From: Cupriavidus necator
GTDB lineage: Bacteria; Pseudomonadota; Gammaproteobacteria; Burkholderiales; Burkholderiaceae
Direction of reading: 5' to 3'
NCBI RefSeq assembly: GCF_016127575.1
Contig: NZ_CP066019.1
Location: forward strand, 930,001 to 962,000
DNA: 32,000 bases
Shown here: positions 24,230-32,000 of the stretch, in pieces
How positions within the stretch are numbered: the stretch's first letter is position 1
Layout: every line of letters starts with the position of its first letter
Notes under the pieces: model-generated
Database searches by the model: none
Seen by the model: only the letters and a program-made list of their open reading frames with translations
Told to the model about the DNA's origin: nothing
Program-made: the position numbers and the translations under genes

Positions 24230-25414
24230 TCAGGCCTTCTGCTGCTGCAGCGGTTCAAGGATAGCGCGCGCAATGGTGTTGCGCTGGATCTCGCTGGTGC
24301 CGGTGAAGATGCGGAACATGCGCAGCTTGCGGAAGGTCTGCTCCACCGGATGGCCGCGCGTGACGCCGACGTTGCCGTGGATCTGCACGGCCTTGTCCGC
24401 CACCTCGAAGCAGCGCTCCGAGACAAAGAGCTTGCACGCCGCAGCCTTCATGCGCAGGTCGGCGCCGGCATCGGCCAGCGCGGCGGTGTGCGTGATCATG
24501 CTCTCGCAGGCCCACAGCGCGGCGGCCATGTCGGCCAGCATGTGCTGGATCGCCTGGAAGCGCGCGATCGGCCCGCCGAACTGGCGGCGCTGGCCGGCAT
24601 ATGCCACCGACGACTCATATGCCCTGGTGGCCAGCCCCAGCATGCTGGGGCAGTGCAGCAGGCGGTTCACGTTGATGCGCGACATGCCCAGCTTGAAGCC
24701 GTTGCCTTCGCCGCCAAAGATATTGGCGCGCGGCACGCGCACGTTCTCGAAGCGGATGTCGCCGTCGATATGCTGGCCCGACATCGGCACGTACTCGTTG
24801 CTTACCGTCACGCCGGGCAGGTCCAGGTCGACCAGCACCGCGGTGATGGCCGGCGGCGTGGTGGTGGCGTCGGTCACGCACATGACGATGGCAAAGTCGG
24901 CGAACGGCGCGCCGCTGATGTAGTGCTTGCCGCCGTTGATGACCAGCTCGTCGCCATCGGCCACGGCCGAGGTCCTGATGCTTTGCGCGTCGGAGCCGGA
25001 ATGCGTTTCCGTCAGTGCGAAGCAGGTCGACTTCTCGCCGCGGATCACGGGCTCGAAGTAGCGCTTGAGCTGGTCCGGCGTGGCGTACTTGAGCATGTTG
25101 CCCACGCGCGGCGGGCCGCCCAGGTCGCCCAGCACGTGCGCGGCCAGGGTGGAGCCGCTGGCGGCCAGGTCGGCCTTGAGCGCGCATTGCTCCTGGATGT
25201 TCAGGCCCTTGCCGCCGAGCGATGTCGGCAGGCACGCGGCGTAGAAGCCCAGCTCGCTGGAGCGGCGCCAGACCTTGCGCAGGGTCTCGCGCGGCCACGG
25301 GTCTTCAGAGCCCAGGCCGAGTTCCTGTTCCAGCGGGCGCAGTTCTTCGTCGATAAAGCGGCGGATGCCGGCGCGGGTTTCCAGCAGTACGGGATTGGTC
25401 AGGTGATCGAACAT
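24230..25414 (-). CDS. Acyl-CoA dehydrogenase family protein (atypical active site)
   Basis: 394 aa from ATG 25414 (AAGGAG upstream). ACAD fold motifs are present throughout. The C-terminal motif reads [11 protein letters not shown] instead of IYEGTSEIQR. The track ORF 24230..25567 is over-extended. Confidence 0.85.
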   Translation of the reverse strand: MFDHLTNPVLLETRAGIRRFIDEELRPLEQELGLGSEDPWPRETLRKVWRRSSELGFYAACLPTSLGGKGLNIQEQCALKADLAASGSTLAAHVLGDLGGPPRVGNMLKYATPDQLKRYFEPVIRGEKSTCFALTETHSGSDAQSIRTSAVADGDELVINGGKHYISGAPFADFAIVMCVTDATTTPPAITAVLVDLDLPGVTVSNEYVPMSGQHIDGDIRFENVRVPRANIFGGEGNGFKLGMSRINVNRLLHCPSMLGLATRAYESSVAYAGQRRQFGGPIARFQAIQHMLADMAAALWACESMITHTAALADAGADLRMKAAACKLFVSERCFEVADKAVQIHGNVGVTRGHPVEQTFRKLRMFRIFTGTSEIQRNTIARAILEPLQQQKA

Positions 25415-25425
25415 GGCGGGCTCCT

Positions 25426-26979
25426 TCAATTCACACGGCGCCCGACGCCTTGCCAGTAGCGTTCGCGCACGATCTTGCGGGCCAGCTTGCCGCTGGCGTT
25501 CTTGGGCAGCTCGGCGACGAAGTCCACCGAGCGCGGCGACTTGTAGTCGGCAATGCGCTCGCGGCAATGCGCGATCAGCTGCTGCGCGGTGGCCTCGCGC
25601 CCGGGGCGCAGCGTGACCACGGCCTTGACGCTTTCGCCCCAGGTGTCGTCCGGCACGCTGATGACGCAGGCTTCCAGTACGTCGGGGTGCTGGTACAGCG
25701 TGGCTTCCACTTCGGTCGGATAGACGTTGAAGCCGCCGGAGATGATCATGTCCTTCTTGCGGTCGACCAGGTACAGGTAGCCGGCCTCGTCCACGCGCGC
25801 CATGTCGCCGGTGTGCAGCCAGCCATCGATGATGGTCTCGCGCGTCAGCGCGGGCTCGTTGAAGTAGCCGTGGAACACGTCTTCGCCGCGGATCACCAGC
25901 TCGCCGATCTCGCCCACGGCGACCTCCTTGCCTTGCTCGTCGACCACGCGCACTTCGGTCTCGCCCAGGGCGCGGCCGCAGGAGGCCAGGCGCTCAGGGT
26001 GGTTGGCAATGGCGTCGGCATGGTCGGTGGTGGACAGACGTGTGACGCCCGAGGTCGATTCGCTGGCGCCATAGCCCTGCGACAGGATCGGGCCGATGCG
26101 CTCCCAGGCCTCGCGGATGCGTGCCGGCGCCATTGGCGCGGCACCGTAGGCCAGAGTCTTCAGGCTGGACAGATCGGCCTGGGCCAGCGTGGGCTCGGCC
26201 AGCAGCATGTTGATCATGGCCGGGACCATGAACACGTGGGTGATGCGTAGCCGCGCCACCTCGGCCAGGAAGTGCGCGGGCTCGAATTTCTCGAACAGCA
26301 CCAGCGTGGCGCCCTGGTACAGGTAGGGCTGCATCAGCATGCCGGAGGCGTGCGTGACCGGCCCGATCAGCGCCAGCCGGTCGCCGGGGCGGGCCGGGCG
26401 GTCCATGCCGGACACCATCTTGCGCAGCGCCGCCATGCGGTTGCCGTAGCTCTGCATGGCAGCCTTGATCTTGCCGGTGGAGCCGGACGAGAAGTGCAGC
26501 ACGGCCAGGTCGTCGGGGGCGGGGGTGATGTCAGGCGGCGTGGTGCCGGCATTGGCCAGCAGCGCTTCATACTCGACATAGCCCGCCGGCGCATCGCCGA
26601 TGGCAATAAAGGTCTCGATGCTGCCGAAGCCGGCCGTGGTGCGCGCATGGCCGGTGTAGCCGGGGCCGGTGATCAGCACGCGCGGGGTGCAGTTCCCGAC
26701 CACGTCGCTGGCCTCGGCCGCGGTGAAGCGCGGGTTGAGCGCCGCCTTGACCAGGCCGGCCTTGTACAGCGCGCATTCCAGTTCGACCAGCTCGGGCCGG
26801 TTGCGCGACTGCACCGCGACGCGGTCGCCGGGCTGCAGGCCCAGTGCCAGCAGCGCATTGGCCAGGCGCGTTGAGCGTTGGTCCAGCTGGCGATAGGTCA
26901 CCACCCGGTCCTGGTAGAGGATGGCGGGCTGGTCGCCCCAGTAGCGCGCGGCGCGGCGCAGGAAATACGCGAAACCCAT
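25426..26979 (-). CDS. AMP-dependent acyl-CoA synthetase/ligase
   Basis: 517 aa with adenylate-forming motifs [49 protein letters not shown] and [17 protein letters not shown]. Confidence 0.85.
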   Translation of the reverse strand: MGFAYFLRRAARYWGDQPAILYQDRVVTYRQLDQRSTRLANALLALGLQPGDRVAVQSRNRPELVELECALYKAGLVKAALNPRFTAAEASDVVGNCTPRVLITGPGYTGHARTTAGFGSIETFIAIGDAPAGYVEYEALLANAGTTPPDITPAPDDLAVLHFSSGSTGKIKAAMQSYGNRMAALRKMVSGMDRPARPGDRLALIGPVTHASGMLMQPYLYQGATLVLFEKFEPAHFLAEVARLRITHVFMVPAMINMLLAEPTLAQADLSSLKTLAYGAAPMAPARIREAWERIGPILSQGYGASESTSGVTRLSTTDHADAIANHPERLASCGRALGETEVRVVDEQGKEVAVGEIGELVIRGEDVFHGYFNEPALTRETIIDGWLHTGDMARVDEAGYLYLVDRKKDMIISGGFNVYPTEVEATLYQHPDVLEACVISVPDDTWGESVKAVVTLRPGREATAQQLIAHCRERIADYKSPRSVDFVAELPKNASGKLARKIVRERYWQGVGRRVN

Positions 26980-27076
26980 GCTGTCTCCGTTGATGCCTGT
27001 TGATTCCGGTGAGCGCTTTTACGTGTGCTCGTGCGCCGTAGTCTGTAAGATGGCTGGCATCACCACAATGAAGTAT

Positions 27077-27090
27077 TGGCTATAAAGCCA
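27077..27090. promoter_or_regulatory. LysR-type dyad in the divergent intergenic region
   Basis: TGGCT-ATAA-AGCCA (5-4-5 inverted repeat), 23 nt upstream of the lysR ATG and about 100 nt upstream of the divergent acyl-CoA synthetase start. The position is typical of an LTTR recognition site. Confidence 0.4.
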
Positions 27091-27112
27091 TAACCATCAG
27101 GAATGTGAGGCA

Positions 27113-28006
27113 ATGGAGACGCGGGATATCGAATACATCCTCGCCGTGGCGGCGCACGGCGGCATCGGCCGTGCCGCCGACGCGCTGGGAATCAGCCAGC
27201 CGGCGCTGACCAAGGCGGTGCAGCGGGTGGAGACCCAGGCCGGGCTGCCGCTGTTCGAGCGCACCGCCAACGGCATGACCGCCACCTACGCCGGCACGCG
27301 CTTCCTGGAGCGGGCGCGGCGCATCCAGCTGGAATACGAGGACGGCATCAAGGAGATGCTGGGCATCCGCACCGGCGAGCAGGGCATCCTGCGCGTGGGC
27401 TATTCGCCGTCGATCCCGGGCAACGTGATCCTGGGCGCTTGCCGGCAACTGGTGCGCGAGCGTCCCGTGGCACGGCTGCGGCTGCGCCGCAGGCTGGCGC
27501 GCGACCTGCTGGACCTGCTGGCGGCGGGGGAACTGGATGTGGCGGTGGCACCGGCGCCGTTGGCAGCCTCATCGACCGGCCTGGCGGTGCAGCCGCTCTT
27601 TGACGACCGGCTGGTGGTGGTGGCGGACGAGGGCCATGCCTTGCTGCAGCGGCGCAAGCTGCGGCTGGCGGACCTGGCGGACCAGGAATGGCTGCTGCCC
27701 GAAGGGCATATCACGCTGCGCCAGCAGGTGGACGCGGCGTTCCGCCAGCGCGGCCTGCCGGAGCCGCAGCCGCGCATCGAGATCGACTTTGGCAGCAGTT
27801 CGCTGTTTGCGCTGATGCAGGGCACGCAGATGCTGAGCATCGCCAATGAAGGCGGCGATGCCATGCAGCACGGCCTGCGCGTGCTGCCGCTGGGCGTGGA
27901 GGAGCTGGACCTGCGCCGGAACATCGGCGTGATCTCGCGCGAGGGCGCCTACCTGTCGCCGCTGGCGCAGCGCCTGACGGTGCTGCTGAGCGAGCACAGC
28001 CGCTGA
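27113..28006 (+). CDS. LysR-family transcriptional regulator
   Basis: 297 aa. N-terminal HTH (IEYILAVAAHGGIGRAADALGISQPALTKAVQRVE). Divergent from the synthetase-led operon. Confidence 0.85.
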   Translation: METRDIEYILAVAAHGGIGRAADALGISQPALTKAVQRVETQAGLPLFERTANGMTATYAGTRFLERARRIQLEYEDGIKEMLGIRTGEQGILRVGYSPSIPGNVILGACRQLVRERPVARLRLRRRLARDLLDLLAAGELDVAVAPAPLAASSTGLAVQPLFDDRLVVVADEGHALLQRRKLRLADLADQEWLLPEGHITLRQQVDAAFRQRGLPEPQPRIEIDFGSSSLFALMQGTQMLSIANEGGDAMQHGLRVLPLGVEELDLRRNIGVISREGAYLSPLAQRLTVLLSEHSR

Positions 28007-28027
28007 GGCAGCGGCAGGGCCACGCGG

Positions 28028-29032
28028 TTATTGCAGCGGGATCTTGGCCACCTCCGCCAGCCGCTTCCAGCGCTGGATCTCGTCCTTCTGGTACTGCAGC
28101 ATTTCGGCAGGCGATGACAGGATCAGCTTGGTCGACTGGCGCGTGTAGTACTCGCGCACATCCGGGGCCCTGCCGGCCTGCGCAAACAGGTCCTGCAGCC
28201 GTTTCACCACTGCCGGCGGCGTCTTTGCCGAGACCGCCGCGGCTACCCAGTTGTAGGCCAGGAAGTCCGGCAGGCCGGCTTCGGCGATGGAGGGCACGTC
28301 CGGCAGCAGCGGCGAGCGCTGCGGTGCGGTGTAGGCCAGCGCGCGGACCTTGCCGCCGCGGACCAGTTCGATGGCGCCGGTGGCATCCACCACGGCGAAG
28401 TCGACATTGGCCGCCATCACGCCGTTGATGGCATCGCCAGCGCCCTTGTACGGCACGGCGGTGGTCTTGATGCGGGCCAGGTCGTTGAGCCACTCGGAGT
28501 AGAGCGTGTAGGAGATCGAGCCCGAGCCGTAATTGAGCGCGCCGGGGCGCTTGCGGGCATCTTCCAGCAGTTCCGTCAGCGTGCGGTAGGGCGAGCTTGC
28601 CGGCACGATGATCACGCATGGCCCGCGCGACAGCAGCGTGATCGGCGCAAAGTCGGTCAGCGGGTCATACGGCAGCTTGCGGAAGGTGGCGGCGTTGGTC
28701 GACAGCGTGGAATTGCTGCCGATAAAGACGGTGTAGCCGTCTGGCGGCGCGTTCAGCGCGGTCTGCACGCCAATGAAGCCGTTGCCGCCGGGCTTGTTCT
28801 CCACCACCACGCCCTGGCCGGTCAGCTCGCCGATCTTCTTGGCGAACATGCGCGCGGTGGTGTCGGTGCCGCTGCCGGAAGGGAAGGGCACGACAAAGCG
28901 GATCGGGCGGGACGGGAAGGCGTCGGCGGACTCGGCGGCGGGCGCCGCCAGCGGCGTGGCGGTGCCGATGGCCGCCAGTGCGGCGGCAGCCAGTCCAAGG
29001 AAGCGGCGGCGGGAACGGAAAACCTGTTGCAT
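28028..29032 (-). CDS. Bug-family (TctC) substrate-binding protein
   Basis: 334 aa from ATG 29032 (AGGAGA upstream). Tat motif SRRRFLGLAAAALAA. Family block FPSRPIRFVVPFPSGSGTD. The 490-aa track ORF is over-extended. Confidence 0.85.
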   Translation of the reverse strand: MQQVFRSRRRFLGLAAAALAAIGTATPLAAPAAESADAFPSRPIRFVVPFPSGSGTDTTARMFAKKIGELTGQGVVVENKPGGNGFIGVQTALNAPPDGYTVFIGSNSTLSTNAATFRKLPYDPLTDFAPITLLSRGPCVIIVPASSPYRTLTELLEDARKRPGALNYGSGSISYTLYSEWLNDLARIKTTAVPYKGAGDAINGVMAANVDFAVVDATGAIELVRGGKVRALAYTAPQRSPLLPDVPSIAEAGLPDFLAYNWVAAAVSAKTPPAVVKRLQDLFAQAGRAPDVREYYTRQSTKLILSSPAEMLQYQKDEIQRWKRLAEVAKIPLQ

Positions 29033-29094
29033 GGTGTCTCCTGAGCGTGGAATGCCCGGCGTGTTCCCGCCGGTGCAAGGGGATAAGCGGGGGC

Positions 29095-30261
29095 CTAACG
29101 GCGCAAGCCGAGCAGGTCGCGTGCGATGACCCAGCGGTGCACCTCGCTGGGCCCTTCGTAGATGCGCATCAGGCGGGTCTCGTTGGCCATCTGCTGCAGC
29201 GGCAGCTCCTTGGTCATGCCCATCGCGCCGAAGGTCTGCATGGCGTGGTCGATCACGTCCCACGCCATCTCGGTGGCGAATACCTTGATCATCGATACCT
29301 GCGTGCGGGCCTCGTCGCCGGCGTCGATGCGGCTGGCGGCTTCGTAGGTCATCAGGCGGCACGCGTGGATGCGCGTGGCGGCGTCGGCCACCCACCACTG
29401 GATCGCCTGGCGCTGCGCCAGCGGCGCGCCGAAGGTCTGGCGCTGCGGCGCGTACTCGCAGATCATGTCCAGCGCCCGCTGCGCCCGGCCGATGCACCAC
29501 GCGGCCATCTGCACGCGGCGCGTGGACAGCCGCGCCTGCATCGGCGCAAAGCCCTGGCCCTCGGTGCCCAGCAGCTGCGAGGCGGGGATGCGGCAGTCTT
29601 CCAGCACCACCTCGTAAGTCGATGCGCCGCCGATCATCGGGATGCGGCGCTCCACCCGGAAGCCCGGCGTGCCGCGCTCGACGATAAAGGCCGAGATGCC
29701 GCCGCGCGCGCCCTTGGCCTTGTCGGTCACGGCCATGACGATGGTCCAGTCGGCGCGTGCCGCGCGGCTGATCCAGATCTTGCGCCCATTGAGCACCCAG
29801 TGCTCGCCGTCGCGTTCGGCGCGCGTGGTCATCATGGCGGGGTCGCCGCCGGCGCCGGGTTCGGAAATGGCGATGGCCGACACGGTCTCGCCGCGCGCGT
29901 AAGGGGCCAGGTAGCGCTCACGCTGGGCCTCGCTGGCGCTCAGCATCAGCATGCGCAGGTTGGGCGAGTCCGGCGGCAATTCGTAGGGCGTGATGGTCTT
30001 GCCCAGTTCTTCGTTGACACCCACCATGGCCACCGTGGGCAGGTCGGCGCCGCCCATCTCCGTGGGCGCATCCAGGCCCCACAGGCCCAGTTCGCGCGAC
30101 ATCGCGTCGAGCCGCGCATGCTCTTCCGGCAGCAGCGTCATCTGCCCGCCGGCGGCTTCGCGCGCCAGCACCGCGGGTTCCAGCGGGATCAGCTGCTCGC
30201 GCACAAAGCGCGCGACCAGGTCCTTGAGCATCCGGTGTTCGTCGTCCAGTTCAAAGTTCAT
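29095..30261 (-). CDS. Acyl-CoA dehydrogenase (canonical MCAD-type catalytic Glu)
   Basis: 388 aa. AGGAGA SD 6 nt upstream of ATG 30261. The C-terminal motif RIYEGPSEVH retains the catalytic Glu. Confidence 0.85.
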   Translation of the reverse strand: MNFELDDEHRMLKDLVARFVREQLIPLEPAVLAREAAGGQMTLLPEEHARLDAMSRELGLWGLDAPTEMGGADLPTVAMVGVNEELGKTITPYELPPDSPNLRMLMLSASEAQRERYLAPYARGETVSAIAISEPGAGGDPAMMTTRAERDGEHWVLNGRKIWISRAARADWTIVMAVTDKAKGARGGISAFIVERGTPGFRVERRIPMIGGASTYEVVLEDCRIPASQLLGTEGQGFAPMQARLSTRRVQMAAWCIGRAQRALDMICEYAPQRQTFGAPLAQRQAIQWWVADAATRIHACRLMTYEAASRIDAGDEARTQVSMIKVFATEMAWDVIDHAMQTFGAMGMTKELPLQQMANETRLMRIYEGPSEVHRWVIARDLLGLRR

Positions 30262-30282
30262 GCCCTGTCTCCTGCTGATTCG

Positions 30283-31473
30283 TTATGGTTGGCTGACGCC
30301 TTGGGCGAGGCCCAGCTCCTGCAGGACTTCGGCGGTGTGTTCGCCCAGTCCCGGCGCATGGCGGCGCAGCGACAGCGGCGTGGCCGAGAAGCGCGCGGCG
30401 GGGCGCACTTCGCGCAGCGGGCCTTCGGTGGGGTGCTGCGTTTCCTGGAACAGGCCGACGGCGCGCAGGTGCGGGTGGTCGACCAGCGCGTCCAGGCCGT
30501 AGATCGGCGTGGCGGGGATGTCGAGCGACTCGAACAGCGCCATCCATTCATCGGTGGTGCGCGCCGGCGTCAACTCGGCCAGGTGACCGTACAGCGCGCG
30601 GATATTGGCGTTGCGCTGCGCGCGGTCGGCCACCTCGTAGCGCTCGGCCAGGTCGTCGCGGCCCACGGCGCGGAAGAAGGCTTGCCAGTGGCGCTCGGTG
30701 TAGGGCAGGGCGCAGATCCAGCCGTCGCGGGTCGGCGCGGGTCGGCGCCCGCCCTGCAGCAGGCGGGCGTAGCCGGCGCCTGTGGGTGCGGGCTCGAAGG
30801 TCAGGCCGCCCAGGTGCTCGGCCATCACGAACGCGGTCATGGTCTCCAGCATCGGCACCTCCACCGACTGGCCGACGCCGTGGCGCTCGCGGCACAGCAG
30901 GGCTGCCAGCACGGCGTTGGCCAGGGCCAGCCCGGTAGTCTTGTCGGCGATCAGGCTGGGCACGTACTCCGGGCGATCGCCGGTGGTGGAACCCAGCGCG
31001 ACCAGCCCGCAGCCGGCCTGGATGATGTCGTCGAAGGCCGGCTTGTCGCGGTGCGGACCGTCCTGGCCGAAGCCGGTGGCCACGCAGTAGACGATGCGCG
31101 GATTGATGCGCGCCACTTCGGCATAGCCGAAGCCCAGCCGCTCGATCGCGGCTACGCGCATGTTGTGCACCAGCACGTCGGCGCTGGCGATCAGCCCGCG
31201 CAGCGCCTCGGCGCCCTCGGGGGTCTTCAGGTCGAGCACGACCGAGCGCTTGTTGCGGTTCAGCGCCAGGTAGATCGAGCTCATGCCGGCGTGCTGCGAG
31301 ACGCCGTTGGCGCGCATCAGGTCGCCCTCGGGCCCTTCGATCTTGATCACGTCGGCGCCAAAGTCGGCCAGCACCTGCGTGGCCAGCGGCCCGAGCACGA
31401 CCGCGGTGAGGTCGAGCACGCGGATGCCGTCCAGCGGGCCGGCCGGCGTGGCGCGGGTGTCTTGTTCGCTCAT
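30283..31473 (-). CDS. Family III (CaiB/BaiF) CoA-transferase
   Basis: 396 aa from ATG 31473 (AAGGAG upstream). Motifs VLDLTAVVLGPLATQVLADFGADVIKIE and Asp context SLIADKTTG. The 482-aa track ORF is over-extended. Confidence 0.85.
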   Translation of the reverse strand: MSEQDTRATPAGPLDGIRVLDLTAVVLGPLATQVLADFGADVIKIEGPEGDLMRANGVSQHAGMSSIYLALNRNKRSVVLDLKTPEGAEALRGLIASADVLVHNMRVAAIERLGFGYAEVARINPRIVYCVATGFGQDGPHRDKPAFDDIIQAGCGLVALGSTTGDRPEYVPSLIADKTTGLALANAVLAALLCRERHGVGQSVEVPMLETMTAFVMAEHLGGLTFEPAPTGAGYARLLQGGRRPAPTRDGWICALPYTERHWQAFFRAVGRDDLAERYEVADRAQRNANIRALYGHLAELTPARTTDEWMALFESLDIPATPIYGLDALVDHPHLRAVGLFQETQHPTEGPLREVRPAARFSATPLSLRRHAPGLGEHTAEVLQELGLAQGVSQP

Positions 31474-31486
31474 CGGGGCCACTCCT

Positions 31487-32000
31487 TCAACGGCGCTTGA
31501 AAACAGGGGCGCGGCGCGCGGCCATGGCGGCGACGCCCTCGCGGAAGTCTTCGCTGCGGAACTGTCCGTGCTGGATTGCCAGTTCGCGCTGGTTGATCTC
31601 GGCGATGCGGTCGGCCAGCCCTTCGCGCAGCGTGGCGCGCGTGGATTCCACGGCCAGCGGGGCAGAGGCGGCGATCTCTTGCGCCAGGGCCATGGCGCGG
31701 GCATTGACCTGCGCCTTTTCCACCAGTTCATCGGCCAGGCCGATCTCGACCGCGTCGGTGCCGGTGATGCGCCGGCCGGTATAGAACAGCAGCGCGGCCT
31801 GCTGCTCGCCCACCAGCCGCGGCAGCGTCAGGCTCATGCCGAAACCGGGGTGAAAGCCCAGCCGGTTGAAGTTGGCGCTGAAGCGTGCCTCGGCGCAGGT
31901 CACGCGGAAGTCCGCCACCAGCGCCAGCCCCATGCCGGCGCCGATGGCGGCGCCTTCCACCGCGGCCACGATCGGCTTGCGGTTGCGGTAAAGCCTCATC
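31487..32000 (-). CDS. Crotonase (enoyl-CoA hydratase/isomerase) superfamily protein, N-terminus outside window
   Basis: KPIVAAVEGAAIGAGMGLALVADFR... is the crotonase oxyanion-hole region. The frame is open to the window edge. Stop at 31487-31489, 13 nt before the CoA-transferase start. Confidence 0.8.
   Translation of the reverse strand, partial: MRLYRNRKPIVAAVEGAAIGAGMGLALVADFRVTCAEARFSANFNRLGFHPGFGMSLTLPRLVGEQQAALLFYTGRRITGTDAVEIGLADELVEKAQVNARAMALAQEIAASAPLAVESTRATLREGLADRIAEINQRELAIQHGQFRSEDFREGVAAMAARRAPVFKRR

Noticed and set aside
28978-31500. 840-aa ORF on the + strand
   Set aside because: It is antisense to two well-supported genes (ACAD 29095-30261 and CoA-transferase 30283-31473). 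Its composition is R/A/G/H/Q-rich and low complexity, with no recognisable motifs. This is a typical high-GC antisense open frame.
1-32000. CRISPR arrays, tRNA/rRNA genes, IS elements or integrases, toxin-antitoxin or known defence-system genes
   Set aside because: By eye I found no regularly spaced direct repeats, no cloverleaf-like or rRNA-like segments, no transposase or integrase-like translations in any frame of the track, and no terminal inverted repeats.

Overview
High-GC proteobacterial window. The gene content looks Burkholderiales-like (Cupriavidus/Ralstonia type: Tat-signal Bug/TctC binding proteins, LysR-flanked CoA-transferase and acyl-CoA dehydrogenase modules); this taxon call is inference only.

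Layout:
(i) 1-3.8 kb, + strand: the 3' part of an SsuA-like sulfonate binding protein, then tauABC and a terminator.
(ii) 3.9-15.3 kb, all on the - strand: a complete kdpFABCDE locus. It is preceded by a KdpE-type direct-repeat box and an unannotated 54-codon membrane ORF coupled to kdpF. It is followed by a TorF-family porin, a small hypothetical ORF, a DapA-family aldolase and an unannotated 51-codon zinc-ribbon ORF.
(iii) 15.4-16.7 kb: an MFS transporter.
(iv) about 16.7-21.9 kb: a compositionally distinct, lower-GC segment. It holds a TetR gene and a DUF2798 plus lipoprotein alpha/beta-hydrolase unit, each behind the same 14-bp palindrome. It also holds a 5'-truncated epoxide hydrolase remnant, DUF2188, and a 60-aa ORF. 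The key pair is an Hg-type MerR divergent from a 13-Cys GDCCVxC small protein across a canonical mer-style 19-bp-spacer promoter.
(v) 21.9-32 kb: two paralogous Bug-SBP, acyl-CoA dehydrogenase and family III CoA-transferase modules around a LysR regulator, with an acyl-CoA synthetase and a partial crotonase.

I recognised no rRNA, tRNA, CRISPR array, transposase or integrase.

The best candidate for an undescribed system is the merR-GDCCVxC module, which has a mer operator but no merTPA. The second is the small ORF at the head of the kdp operon. Many long track ORFs are antisense or over-extended artefacts of high GC, and start codons were re-picked using Shine-Dalgarno (SD) sites and homology.
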